DNA of 64,000 nt, taken from Acidobacteriota bacterium. Lineage in GTDB: Bacteria; Acidobacteriota; UBA890; WLXD01. The stretch spans positions 1 through 64,000 of the forward strand of contig CAXWPH010000002.1 in NCBI GenBank assembly GCA_963666055.2, read 5' to 3'. Shown piece after piece: positions 1 to 9,073 of this stretch (the stretch's first letter is position 1; each line of letters starts with the position of its first letter). The notes beneath the pieces are model-generated. The model ran no database searches. It was not told the origin of the DNA and worked only from the letters and a program-made list of their open reading frames with translations. Position numbers and translations under genes: made by a program.

Positions 1-831
1 TCGGCCCACCGGTCCCGCCGGCGATCTTGATCGGCAGCGCCAACAGCATCGCGCCGCTTTCCGGCAGCGCGTCGAGATCGGTGAGGTTCTCGAGGTTGAA
101 GATGTTTGCGGCCGCCAGGACGCGGTGAGCGCGGAACGCGACGTCGTTGCCCGGATCGATGCTGGCGGTGTCGATGCCTACACCCACAACGCCTCGATCG
201 GCGATCGCCTTTGCAGCCTCGGCCGAAACGCCGGGAAAATGCAGCGTGGTGGTGTCGAAAGCATCGTCGCTGCCGTAGTAGCTGTTCCAGTTCGGCCAAC
301 GCTCTGACCAGCGCGTGCGCACCAGCAGGATTGAGCCTTCGGGCATAGTTCCGTGGCGCGCCTCCCAGGCTGTCAAGTCGCTCGGCTGCAGGGTGGTGTC
401 GATGTCCATCGCGGCGCGCTCGCTGATGTCCACCACAACGGCAGGCGGAGGAAACGATCGACTGGAATCTGCGCGCTCGTCCAGCCTGCGGCCGCAAAGT
501 GGATGGGCGCATCCAAATGCGTCCCTAGATGCTCTGGCGTGCAGAACCGCGCCATCGCGTACCAGTTTCCATCGGTGTCGAACTCCCACCCCTGCCGTTC
601 GTGCTCGAACGGTTCTCCGTTGGGCCAGTAGAGGCTGCTGGGACTCAACGCGTGGGTCAGGTCGACGAGGTTCCAGCCGTCGTTGTCGCGGAGATCCAAC
701 ACCGAGGCGGCTTCGGGATCGCTAGCTGCAGGGTCGGCGCGATCGGTGATCGCCATCACGGCGAGAGCACCGGCTACGAGTCCGACCAACGCTGCTACGA
801 CGACATATCGCGACCTCGTGCCTGCTTGCAT
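1..831 (-). CDS. Cyclase family (kynurenine formamidase-like) protein with signal peptide; frameshifted near 445, runs off the window start
   Basis: ORF 373..831 contains LVDLTH and HLGTHLDAPIHF (HxGTHxDxPxH). The minus strand near 1-130 reads AHRVLAAANIFNLENLTDLDALPESGAMLLALPIKIAGGTGGP, the typical cyclase C-terminus. GGGAGG RBS precedes the start. Confidence 0.85.
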
Positions 832-923
832 CGGGGCCTCCCAGGTTAGGTGTTGCAGGGCTCAGGCTACAGCGAACGGCGGCACGATGACGAATCATGC
901 GTAGCTTCGGTAGTGGGCAAGTT

Positions 924-1796
924 TCAAGATATTGGATCCGTGCCGGTCCAAAGCTCTCCGGTTTCCTCGGCACGCTCTAGCAGGCGAACGATATCCTCGA
1001 CTTCCCACACGCGAGACGTGACGCCAGCTTCCATGGCCGGGGTCACGCGCAGCGTCCGGTGAATCCGGCAGAAGTTGTAATGCATGTAGTGGAGCGCGAC
1101 GGAGTGCGCGTGGTTTTCGACCTTCTTGGAGAATGCGTTCGTCAGCCGAGTGAAGCGGCGCATATTCATACGCATGGTCAGATTCTGACGCTCGACGTAA
1201 GACGTACTGATTAGCTCAGCGTTAGGTGAGCCGACCACGGTCAACTTCTTGGTGCCGTTGCACTTGGCAGGGCTGTAGCGCTTCTGCGGCTCCGGGTCGG
1301 GCCCGTAGATTTTCTGTAGTTGCGCGAAGTCGATCTCATGTGCGAACGCAGCCTCTACCGATTCCAGGTACATTCTGTGACCGTCGGTCGTTAGCTGAAT
1401 GCGGTTCGACAGACGCCCCGCTAGGTCCTGCATGAAGTCGGTAGCGGTGCCGAGATCACGCGGGCCAATGCGCCACGACGGAACGAGTTTGGAATCGGCG
1501 CAAATCGCGGTGAAGGTCCACACGTCGCCATACCCGAACTGACCGCGTTTGTCGGCCGGGACGTTCTTGGCCTTCGAGTAGCAGAACGCCCAGATCTCGT
1601 CGGCCTCGATCCGCTTGCACGGAAGGTCGCGCAGCACTGCATCCTGGTAGTCAGCGCACACCTGGCCGAGATCCACGAGCAGCTTGATGACGGTCGGCTT
1701 GGAAACCTTGGTCATCCGGCATGTGGCACGAATCGAATTGCCTTCAACCAGGGCGGCGACGACGTGGGCTCGCCTGGCTGTGCTTAGCTTGTTCAT
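924..1796 (-). CDS. IS1-family DDE transposase (single ORF), copy 1
   Basis: N-terminal HTH (GNSIRATCRMTKVSKPTV); catalytic motifs IEADEIW, LTTDG, SYVERQNLTMR; R-rich RRFTRLTNAFSKK. Likely start MNKLS at 1796; stop codon overlaps the left TIR. Confidence 0.9.
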   Translation of the reverse strand: MNKLSTARRAHVVAALVEGNSIRATCRMTKVSKPTVIKLLVDLGQVCADYQDAVLRDLPCKRIEADEIWAFCYSKAKNVPADKRGQFGYGDVWTFTAICADSKLVPSWRIGPRDLGTATDFMQDLAGRLSNRIQLTTDGHRMYLESVEAAFAHEIDFAQLQKIYGPDPEPQKRYSPAKCNGTKKLTVVGSPNAELISTSYVERQNLTMRMNMRRFTRLTNAFSKKVENHAHSVALHYMHYNFCRIHRTLRVTPAMEAGVTSRVWEVEDIVRLLERAEETGELWTGTDPIS

Positions 1797-1803
1797 ACTT
1801 GAC

Positions 1804-1832
1804 ATTATGCTTGACTGAGTACGAAGAAACAA
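1804..1832 (-). promoter_or_regulatory. Putative sigma70 promoter of the transposase (TTGTTT-N17-CATAAT), 7 nt upstream of ATG
   Basis: AAACAA at 1827-1832 and ATTATG at 1804-1809 on the + strand, 17-bp spacer; repeated in copies 2 and 3. Confidence 0.55.
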
Positions 1833-1928
1833 GGAGTTATTTGGTACTATCGCTAAACTTTACGTGTTAGATACCAGTAACTCGGCACTATTCTCGTTCT
1901 TTAGGTCATTTGGTGATATGTTTAGGGC

Positions 1929-3128
1929 ATGATGACGCACGAAGCCCAACGTTTGGATCTACAAGTAGGAGATGTGTTCCGGCCTGCTGCGCCGGTTGAT
2001 CGGGCCAAACTGTTCGCGGGACGAAAGAAACAGATCCGCAAGGTTGTGGACTCGATCAATCAGCGCGGGCAACACGCCGTGCTGTTTGGCGAGCGCGGCG
2101 TTGGCAAGACATCGCTAGCCAACATCCTGAGCGAAACACTCCACGTCCCCGACGGCCAACTCCTTGCACCACACATCAATTGCGACAGTGCAGACACCTT
2201 CGCCGCTCTTTGGCGCAAGATCTTCAACGAAATTGAACTTGTCGAGGAGCGAGCCGCCGCTGGCTTTCAACCGTCGCTGTTCAGCAAAACCCTATCTGTC
2301 GGAGAGCAACTACCAGAAGACCTGACCACTGGAGACGTTCTGCGTAGTTTGCGTATGCTCTCCGGGCAGGCACGGGTCGTCGTCATCATTGACGAGTTCG
2401 ACCGCATTCGTTCTGAACAAGTGCGCGCTAGCGTAGCCGATACTGTGAAGGCGCTGTCAGATCTCGCGGTTGGGGCAACCATTGTTCTCGTTGGCGTTGC
2501 AGATTCGGTTAATGAGCTTGTTCGAGAGCACGAGTCCGTGGAGCGAGCACTCGTTCAGGTACACATGCCAAGGATGTCAGTTGATGAGTTGAACGAGATC
2601 ATGGAAACTGGTTTGGGGATTCTCGGCATGTCGATTGATCCCGACGCCAAAGCCCAGATAGCCGAACTGTCTAAGGGCTTACCGCACTACACACACCTGC
2701 TCGCGAAGCATGCGGCCCGTGCAGCACTCGATGAAGACATTACAGTCATCGTGAGCGATCACGTCGCCAGTGCCATCGAGCAAGCCCTCGGTGACGCTCA
2801 ACAGACCACGCAAAAGGCGTATCACTTGGCGACAATGAGCCAACGCAGGGACAACCTCTATTCCCAGGTGTTGGTCGCTTGCGCGCTGGCACAGACTGAC
2901 GAGATGGGCTACTTCGCCCCCGCTGACGTTCGTGGACCCATGACAGAGATTATGAGCAAGACCTACGATACGCCCAACTTCGCGAAGCACCTGCATGATT
3001 TCTGTACGGAGGATCGCGGGTTCGTGCTAGAGAAGACTGGTGGGAAGCGCCGATATCGATACAGGTTCCGAAATCCCCTAATGCAGCCATACGTCGTGAT
3101 GCACGGACACCGCGACGGCTTCATTTGA
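1929..3128 (+). CDS. AAA+ ATPase cargo (Cdc6/ORC1-like or STAND-like P-loop with C-terminal helical/wHTH region), copy 1
   Basis: N-terminal FAGR motif, Walker A GERGVGKT, Walker B VVIIDEFD, TIVLVG sensor strand, SKGLPHYTH (GxP) motif. Confidence 0.85.
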   Translation: MMTHEAQRLDLQVGDVFRPAAPVDRAKLFAGRKKQIRKVVDSINQRGQHAVLFGERGVGKTSLANILSETLHVPDGQLLAPHINCDSADTFAALWRKIFNEIELVEERAAAGFQPSLFSKTLSVGEQLPEDLTTGDVLRSLRMLSGQARVVVIIDEFDRIRSEQVRASVADTVKALSDLAVGATIVLVGVADSVNELVREHESVERALVQVHMPRMSVDELNEIMETGLGILGMSIDPDAKAQIAELSKGLPHYTHLLAKHAARAALDEDITVIVSDHVASAIEQALGDAQQTTQKAYHLATMSQRRDNLYSQVLVACALAQTDEMGYFAPADVRGPMTEIMSKTYDTPNFAKHLHDFCTEDRGFVLEKTGGKRRYRYRFRNPLMQPYVVMHGHRDGFI

Positions 3129-3139
3129 TGCCTGGGTTG

Positions 3140-3400
3140 TTACTTGCCGTCGTGGGCCTTCGCGTTGCGCCACCGCGTGCGAGCGGCCTTACTGGCAATC
3201 TCTGACCGCCGCTTCTTGCTGAGCTTCTTGGCGCGTGCGACACCGCCCTTCTGCCCGCCTAGTCTGCCCAAGGCAACCGCGTGCGGATTTTTCTCGGGTT
3301 CGTCTGCTTGCTCAGATGCTTCACCCACAGCTTCCTGTACCACCTGGAAGGCTAGGAGGTTCATGTCGGTGGGTCGCTTCTTGCGTGGGCGGTCAGGCAT
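3140..3400 (-). CDS. Small basic IS-associated protein (KGG-like, often auto-annotated histone H1-like), copy 1
   Basis: KNPHAVALGRLGGQKGGVARAKKLSKKRRSEIASKAARTRW signature, Lys/Arg-rich. Confidence 0.75.
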   Translation of the reverse strand: MPDRPRKKRPTDMNLLAFQVVQEAVGEASEQADEPEKNPHAVALGRLGGQKGGVARAKKLSKKRRSEIASKAARTRWRNAKAHDGK

Positions 3401-3478
3401 AGCTAAAGCGTAGCATGCTGTCGGGATCGGTCAGATTTCAAACTTGCCCACTACCGTAGCTTCGGTAGTGGGCAAGTT

Positions 3479-4351
3479 TCAAGATATTGGATCCGTGCCG
3501 GTCCAAAGCTCTCCGGTTTCCTCGGCACGCTCTAGCAGGCGAACGATATCCTCGACTTCCCACACGCGAGACGTGACGCCAGCTTCCATGGCCGGGGTCA
3601 CGCGCAGCGTCCGGTGAATCCGGCAGAAGTTGTAATGCATGTAGTGGAGCGCGACGGAGTGCGCGTGGTTTTCGACCTTCTTGGAGAATGCGTTCGTCAG
3701 CCGAGTGAAGCGGCGCATATTCATACGCATGGTCAGATTCTGACGCTCGACGTAAGACGTACTGATTAGCTCAGCGTTAGGTGAGCCGACCACGGTCAAC
3801 TTCTTGGTGCCGTTGCACTTGGCAGGGCTGTAGCGCTTCTGCGGCTCCGGGTCGGGCCCGTAGATTTTCTGTAGTTGCGCGAAGTCGATCTCATGTGCGA
3901 ACGCAGCCTCTACCGATTCCAGGTACATTCTGTGACCGTCGGTCGTTAGCTGAATGCGGTTCGACAGACGCCCCGCTAGGTCCTGCATGAAGTCGGTAGC
4001 GGTGCCGAGATCACGCGGGCCAATGCGCCACGACGGAACGAGTTTGGAATCGGCGCAAATCGCGGTGAAGGTCCACACGTCGCCATACCCGAACTGACCG
4101 CGTTTGTCGGCCGGGACGTTCTTGGCCTTCGAGTAGCAGAACGCCCAGATCTCGTCGGCCTCGATCCGCTTGCACGGAAGGTCGCGCAGCACTGCATCCT
4201 GGTAGTCAGCGCACACCTGGCCGAGATCCACGAGCAGCTTGATGACGGTCGGCTTGGAAACCTTGGTCATCCGGCATGTGGCACGAATCGAATTGCCTTC
4301 AACCAGGGCGGCGACGACGTGGGCTCGCCTGGCTGTGCTTAGCTTGTTCAT
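3479..4351 (-). CDS. IS1-family DDE transposase, copy 2
   Basis: Translation identical to copy 1. Confidence 0.9.
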   Translation of the reverse strand: MNKLSTARRAHVVAALVEGNSIRATCRMTKVSKPTVIKLLVDLGQVCADYQDAVLRDLPCKRIEADEIWAFCYSKAKNVPADKRGQFGYGDVWTFTAICADSKLVPSWRIGPRDLGTATDFMQDLAGRLSNRIQLTTDGHRMYLESVEAAFAHEIDFAQLQKIYGPDPEPQKRYSPAKCNGTKKLTVVGSPNAELISTSYVERQNLTMRMNMRRFTRLTNAFSKKVENHAHSVALHYMHYNFCRIHRTLRVTPAMEAGVTSRVWEVEDIVRLLERAEETGELWTGTDPIS

Positions 4352-4483
4352 ACTTGACATTATGCTTGACTGAGTACGAAGAAACAAGGAGTTATTTGGT
4401 ACTATCGCTAAACTTTACGTGTTAGATACCAGTAACTCGGCACTATTCTCGTTCTTTAGGTCATTTGGTGATATGTTTAGGGC

Positions 4484-5683
4484 ATGATGACGCACGAAGC
4501 CCAACGTTTGGATCTACAAGTAGGAGATGTGTTCCGGCCTGCTGCGCCGGTTGATCGGGCCAAACTGTTCGCGGGACGAAAGAAACAGATCCGCAAGGTT
4601 GTGGACTCGATCAATCAGCGCGGGCAACACGCCGTGCTGTTTGGCGAGCGCGGCGTTGGCAAGACATCGCTAGCCAACATCCTGAGCGAAACACTCCACG
4701 TCCCCGACGGCCAACTCCTTGCACCACACATCAATTGCGACAGTGCAGACACCTTCGCCGCTCTTTGGCGCAAGATCTTCAACGAAATTGAACTTGTCGA
4801 GGAGCGAGCCGCCGCTGGCTTTCAACCGTCGCTGTTCAGCAAAACCCTATCTGTCGGAGAGCAACTACCAGAAGACCTGACCACTGGAGACGTTCTGCGT
4901 AGTTTGCGTATGCTCTCCGGGCAGGCACGGGTCGTCGTCATCATTGACGAGTTCGACCGCATTCGTTCTGAACAAGTGCGCGCTAGCGTAGCCGATACTG
5001 TGAAGGCGCTGTCAGATCGCGCGGTTGGGGCAACCATTGTTCTCGTTGGCGTTGCAGATTCGGTTAATGAGCTTGTTCGAGAGCACGAGTCCGTGGAGCG
5101 AGCACTCGTTCAGGTACACATGCCAAGGATGTCAGTTGATGAGTTGAACGAGATCATGGAAACTGGTTTGGGGATTCTCGGCATGTCGATTGATCCCGAC
5201 GCCAAAGCCCAGATAGCCGAACTGTCTAAGGGCTTACCGCACTACACACACCTGCTCGCGAAGCATGCGGCCCGTGCAGCACTCGATGAAGACATTACAG
5301 TCATCGTGAGCGATCACGTCGCCAGTGCCATCGAGCAAGCCCTCGGTGACGCTCAACAGACCACGCAAAAGGCGTATCACTTGGCGACAATGAGCCAACG
5401 CAGGGACAACCTCTATTCCCAGGTGTTGGTCGCTTGCGCGCTGGCACAGACTGACGAGATGGGCTACTTCGCCCCCGCTGACGTTCGTGGACCCATGACA
5501 GAGATTATGAGCAAGACCTACGATACGCCCAACTTCGCGAAGCACCTGCATGATTTCTGTACGGAGGATCGCGGGTTCGTGCTAGAGAAGACTGGTGGGA
5601 AGCGCCGATATCGATACAGGTTCCGAAATCCCCTAATGCAGCCATACGTCGTGATGCACGGACACCGCGACGGCTTCATTTGA
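4484..5683 (+). CDS. AAA+ ATPase cargo, copy 2
   Basis: Identical to copy 1 except L/R at ALSD(L/R)AVG. Confidence 0.85.
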   Translation: MMTHEAQRLDLQVGDVFRPAAPVDRAKLFAGRKKQIRKVVDSINQRGQHAVLFGERGVGKTSLANILSETLHVPDGQLLAPHINCDSADTFAALWRKIFNEIELVEERAAAGFQPSLFSKTLSVGEQLPEDLTTGDVLRSLRMLSGQARVVVIIDEFDRIRSEQVRASVADTVKALSDRAVGATIVLVGVADSVNELVREHESVERALVQVHMPRMSVDELNEIMETGLGILGMSIDPDAKAQIAELSKGLPHYTHLLAKHAARAALDEDITVIVSDHVASAIEQALGDAQQTTQKAYHLATMSQRRDNLYSQVLVACALAQTDEMGYFAPADVRGPMTEIMSKTYDTPNFAKHLHDFCTEDRGFVLEKTGGKRRYRYRFRNPLMQPYVVMHGHRDGFI

Positions 5684-5694
5684 TGCCTGGGTTG

Positions 5695-5955
5695 TTACTT
5701 GCCGTCGTGGGCCTTCGCGTTGCGCCACCGCGTGCGAGCGGCCTTACTGGCAATCTCTGACCGCCGCTTCTTGCTGAGCTTCTTGGCGCGTGCGACACCG
5801 CCCTTCTGCCCGCCTAGTCTGCCCAAGGCAACCGCGTGCGGATTTTTCTCGGGTTCGTCTGCTTGCTCAGATGCTTCACCCACAGCTTCCTGTACCACCT
5901 GGAAGGCTAGGAGGTTCATGTCGGTGGGTCGCTTCTTGCGTGGGCGGTCAGGCAT
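5695..5955 (-). CDS. Small basic IS-associated protein, copy 2
   Basis: Identical to copy 1. Confidence 0.75.
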   Translation of the reverse strand: MPDRPRKKRPTDMNLLAFQVVQEAVGEASEQADEPEKNPHAVALGRLGGQKGGVARAKKLSKKRRSEIASKAARTRWRNAKAHDGK

Positions 5956-6033
5956 AGCTAAAGCGTAGCATGCTGTCGGGATCGGTCAGATTTCAAACTT
6001 GCCCACTACCGTAGCTTCGGTAGTGGGCAAGTT

Positions 6034-6906
6034 TCAAGATATTGGATCCGTGCCGGTCCAAAGCTCTCCGGTTTCCTCGGCACGCTCTAGCAGGCGAACG
6101 ATATCCTCGACTTCCCACACGCGAGACGTGACGCCAGCTTCCATGGCCGGGGTCACGCGCAGCGTCCGGTGAATCCGGCAGAAGTTGTAATGCATGTAGT
6201 GGAGCGCGACGGAGTGCGCGTGGTTTTCGACCTTCTTGGAGAATGCGTTCGTCAGCCGAGTGAAGCGGCGCATATTCATACGCATGGTCAGATTCTGACG
6301 CTCGACGTAAGACGTACTGATTAGCTCAGCGTTAGGTGAGCCGACCACGGTCAACTTCTTGGTGCCGTTGCACTTGGCAGGGCTGTAGCGCTTCTGCGGC
6401 TCCGGGTCGGGCCCGTAGATTTTCTGTAGTTGCGCGAAGTCGATCTCATGTGCGAACGCAGCCTCTACCGATTCCAGGTACATTCTGTGACCGTCGGTCG
6501 TTAGCTGAATGCGGTTCGACAGACGCCCCGCTAGGTCCTGCATGAAGTCGGTAGCGGTGCCGAGATCACGCGGGCCAATGCGCCACGACGGAACGAGTTT
6601 GGAATCGGCGCAAATCGCGGTGAAGGTCCACACGTCGCCATACCCGAACTGACCGCGTTTGTCGGCCGGGACGTTCTTGGCCTTCGAGTAGCAGAACGCC
6701 CAGATCTCGTCGGCCTCGATCCGCTTGCACGGAAGGTCGCGCAGCACTGCATCCTGGTAGTCAGCGCACACCTGGCCGAGATCCACGAGCAGCTTGATGA
6801 CGGTCGGCTTGGAAACCTTGGTCATCCGGCATGTGGCACGAATCGAATTGCCTTCAACCAGGGCGGCGACGACGTGGGCTCGCCTGGCTGTGCTTAGCTT
6901 GTTCAT
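6034..6906 (-). CDS. IS1-family DDE transposase, copy 3
   Basis: Translation identical to copy 1. Confidence 0.9.
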   Translation of the reverse strand: MNKLSTARRAHVVAALVEGNSIRATCRMTKVSKPTVIKLLVDLGQVCADYQDAVLRDLPCKRIEADEIWAFCYSKAKNVPADKRGQFGYGDVWTFTAICADSKLVPSWRIGPRDLGTATDFMQDLAGRLSNRIQLTTDGHRMYLESVEAAFAHEIDFAQLQKIYGPDPEPQKRYSPAKCNGTKKLTVVGSPNAELISTSYVERQNLTMRMNMRRFTRLTNAFSKKVENHAHSVALHYMHYNFCRIHRTLRVTPAMEAGVTSRVWEVEDIVRLLERAEETGELWTGTDPIS

Positions 6907-7038
6907 ACTTGACATTATGCTTGACTGAGTACGAAGAAACAAGGAGTTATTTGGTACTATCGCTAAACTTTACGTGTTAGATACCAGTAACTCGGCACTA
7001 TTCTCGTTCTTTAGGTCATTTGGTGATATGTTTAGGGC

Positions 7039-8239
7039 ATGATGACGCACGAAGCCCAACGTTTGGATCTACAAGTAGGAGATGTGTTCCGGCCTGCTGC
7101 GCCGGTTGATCGGGCCAAACTGTTCGCGGGACGAAAGAAACAGATCCGCAAGGTTGTGGACTCGATCAATCAGCGCGGGCAACACGCCGTGCTGTTTGGC
7201 GAGCGCGGCGTTGGCAAGACATCGCTAGCCAACATCCTGAGCGAAACACTCCACGTCCCCGACGGCCAACTCCTTGCACCACACATCAATTGCGACAGTG
7301 CAGACACCTTCGCCGCTCTTTGGCGCAAGATCTTCAACGAAATTGAACTTGTCGAGGAGCGAGCCGCCGCTGGCTTTCAACCGTCGCTGTTCAGCAAAAC
7401 CCTATCTGTCGGAGAGCAACTACCAGAAGACCTGACCACTGGAGACGTTCTGCGTAGTTTGCGTATGCTCTCCGGGCAGGCACGGGTCGTCGTCATCATT
7501 GACGAGTTCGACCGCATTCGTTCTGAACAAGTGCGCGCTAGCGTAGCCGATACTGTGAAGGCGCTGTCAGATCGCGCGGTTGGGGCAACCATTGTTCTCG
7601 TTGGCGTTGCAGATTCGGTTAATGAGCTTGTTCGAGAGCACGAGTCCGTGGAGCGAGCACTCGTTCAGGTACACATGCCAAGGATGTCAGTTGATGAGTT
7701 GAACGAGATCATGGAAACTGGTTTGGGGATTCTCGGCATGTCGATTGATCCCGACGCCAAAGCCCAGATAGCCGAACTGTCTAAGGGCTTACCGCACTAC
7801 ACACACCTGCTCGCGAAGCATGCGGCCCGTGCAGCACTCGATGAAGACATTACAGTCATCGTGAGCGATCACGTCGCCAGTGCCATCGAGCAAGCCCTCG
7901 GTGACGCTCAACAGACCACGCAAAAGGCGTATCACTTGGCGACAATGAGCCAACGCAGGGACAACCTCTATTCCCAGGTGTTGGTCGCTTGCGCGCTGGC
8001 ACAGACTGACGAGATGGGCTACTTCGCCCCCGCTGACGTTCGTGGACCCATGACAGAGATTATGAGCAAGACCTACGATACGCCCCAACTTCGCGAAGCA
8101 CCTGCATGATTTCTGTACGGAGGATCGCGGGTTCGTGCTAGAGAAGACTGGTGGGAAGCGCCGATATCGATACAGGTTCCGAAATCCCCTAATGCAGCCA
8201 TACGTCGTGATGCACGGACACCGCGACGGCTTCATTTGA
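7039..8239 (+). pseudogene. AAA+ ATPase cargo, copy 3, +1 frameshift in the C-run 8083-8086 (possible sequencing error)
   Basis: CGCCCCAAC versus CGCCCAAC in copies 1 and 2; ORF truncated to 356 aa. Confidence 0.75.
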
Positions 8240-8250
8240 TGCCTGGGTTG

Positions 8251-8511
8251 TTACTTGCCGTCGTGGGCCTTCGCGTTGCGCCACCGCGTGCGAGCGGCCT
8301 TACTGGCAATCTCTGACCGCCGCTTCTTGCTGAGCTTCTTGGCGCGTGCGACACCGCCCTTCTGCCCGCCTAGTCTGCCCAAGGCAACCGCGTGCGGATT
8401 TTTCTCGGGTTCGTCTGCTTGCTCAGATGCTTCACCCACAGCTTCCTGTACCACCTGGAAGGCTAGGAGGTTCATGTCGGTGGGTCGCTTCTTGCGTGGG
8501 CGGTCAGGCAT
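8251..8511 (-). CDS. Small basic IS-associated protein, copy 3
   Basis: Identical to copy 1. Confidence 0.75.
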   Translation of the reverse strand: MPDRPRKKRPTDMNLLAFQVVQEAVGEASEQADEPEKNPHAVALGRLGGQKGGVARAKKLSKKRRSEIASKAARTRWRNAKAHDGK

Positions 8512-8695
8512 AGCTAAAGCGTAGCATGCTGTCGGGATCGGTCAGATTTCAAACTTGCCCACTACCGTAGCTTCCAGTACCACGGACGATCCCGACGGCG
8601 TCGTTGCCGCCGAGATCGACGAGCGCTTCGACCTGGCGCGGCGCATTCGCTCGCGCCTCGGATCTCGGGGATCCTCCGTGCGCCGCCGTCGATGT

Positions 8696-9073
8696 CTAGG
8701 TTTCGGGCAGGATCTCGATGGCGTCGGGCAGGTTGGGCAGCACGCAGAGAAACTCGAACGGTTCCTCGACTACCTCGTACGAGTGGGCGACACCCGCCGG
8801 GATGTAGATAGCGTCGTCGGCCTTTACCTCGTGTACAGCGTCGCCGATGGTGACTCGCGCACGGCCCTTCAGCACGTACTGCTCGTGTTCCACGGCGTTC
8901 GTGTGCCGCGGCATGCCACCGCCAGCGCCCATCACGAAGCGCCGCATGGCGAAGTTGGGGGCGCCTTGCTCGGCGCCGATCAATACCTGGCTTCGAGTCG
9001 CCGTACCCGCCGGCACCTCGTTGAGCGCCACGTCGGCGCCGCGCCGCACCGTGCCGATCTCCGGTTCAGCCAT
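8696..9073 (-). CDS. Cupin domain protein
   Basis: MPRHTNAVEHEQYVLKGRARV and AIYIPAGVAHSY cupin motifs; start MAEPE overlaps the upstream stop. Confidence 0.85.
   Translation of the reverse strand: MAEPEIGTVRRGADVALNEVPAGTATRSQVLIGAEQGAPNFAMRRFVMGAGGGMPRHTNAVEHEQYVLKGRARVTIGDAVHEVKADDAIYIPAGVAHSYEVVEEPFEFLCVLPNLPDAIEILPET

Larger units (their letters stand above)
909..3455. mobile_element. IS1-family-like cargo-carrying element, copy 1 (2547 bp)
   Basis: Perfect 16-bp TIRs GGTAGTGGGCAAGTTT (909-924) and AAACTTGCCCACTACC (3440-3455), flanked by GTAGCTTC at 901-908 and 3456-3463; contains a DDE transposase. Confidence 0.93.
3464..6010. mobile_element. IS1-family-like cargo-carrying element, copy 2
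   Basis: Repeat of copy 1 at +2555 bp with the same TIRs; GTAGCTTC at 6011-6018. Confidence 0.93.
6019..8566. mobile_element. IS1-family-like cargo-carrying element, copy 3 (one extra C)
   Basis: Repeat at +5110 bp; right TIR 8551-8566 followed by GTAGCTTC at 8567-8574. Confidence 0.93.
901..8574 (+). repeat. 8-bp target-site duplication GTAGCTTC present four times (901-908, 3456-3463, 6011-6018, 8567-8574); tandem period 2555 bp
   Basis: Read directly at every element junction. Confidence 0.95.

Noticed and set aside
924-1832. Programmed -1 frameshift (InsA/InsB) as in classical IS1
   Set aside because: The transposase is one continuous ORF with HTH and DDE motifs; no A6C slippery site is needed.
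901-8574. CRISPR-like or integron-cassette array
   Set aside because: The units between the repeats are identical multi-gene elements with TIRs and a transposase, not unique spacers or attC cassettes. No cas or intI gene is present.
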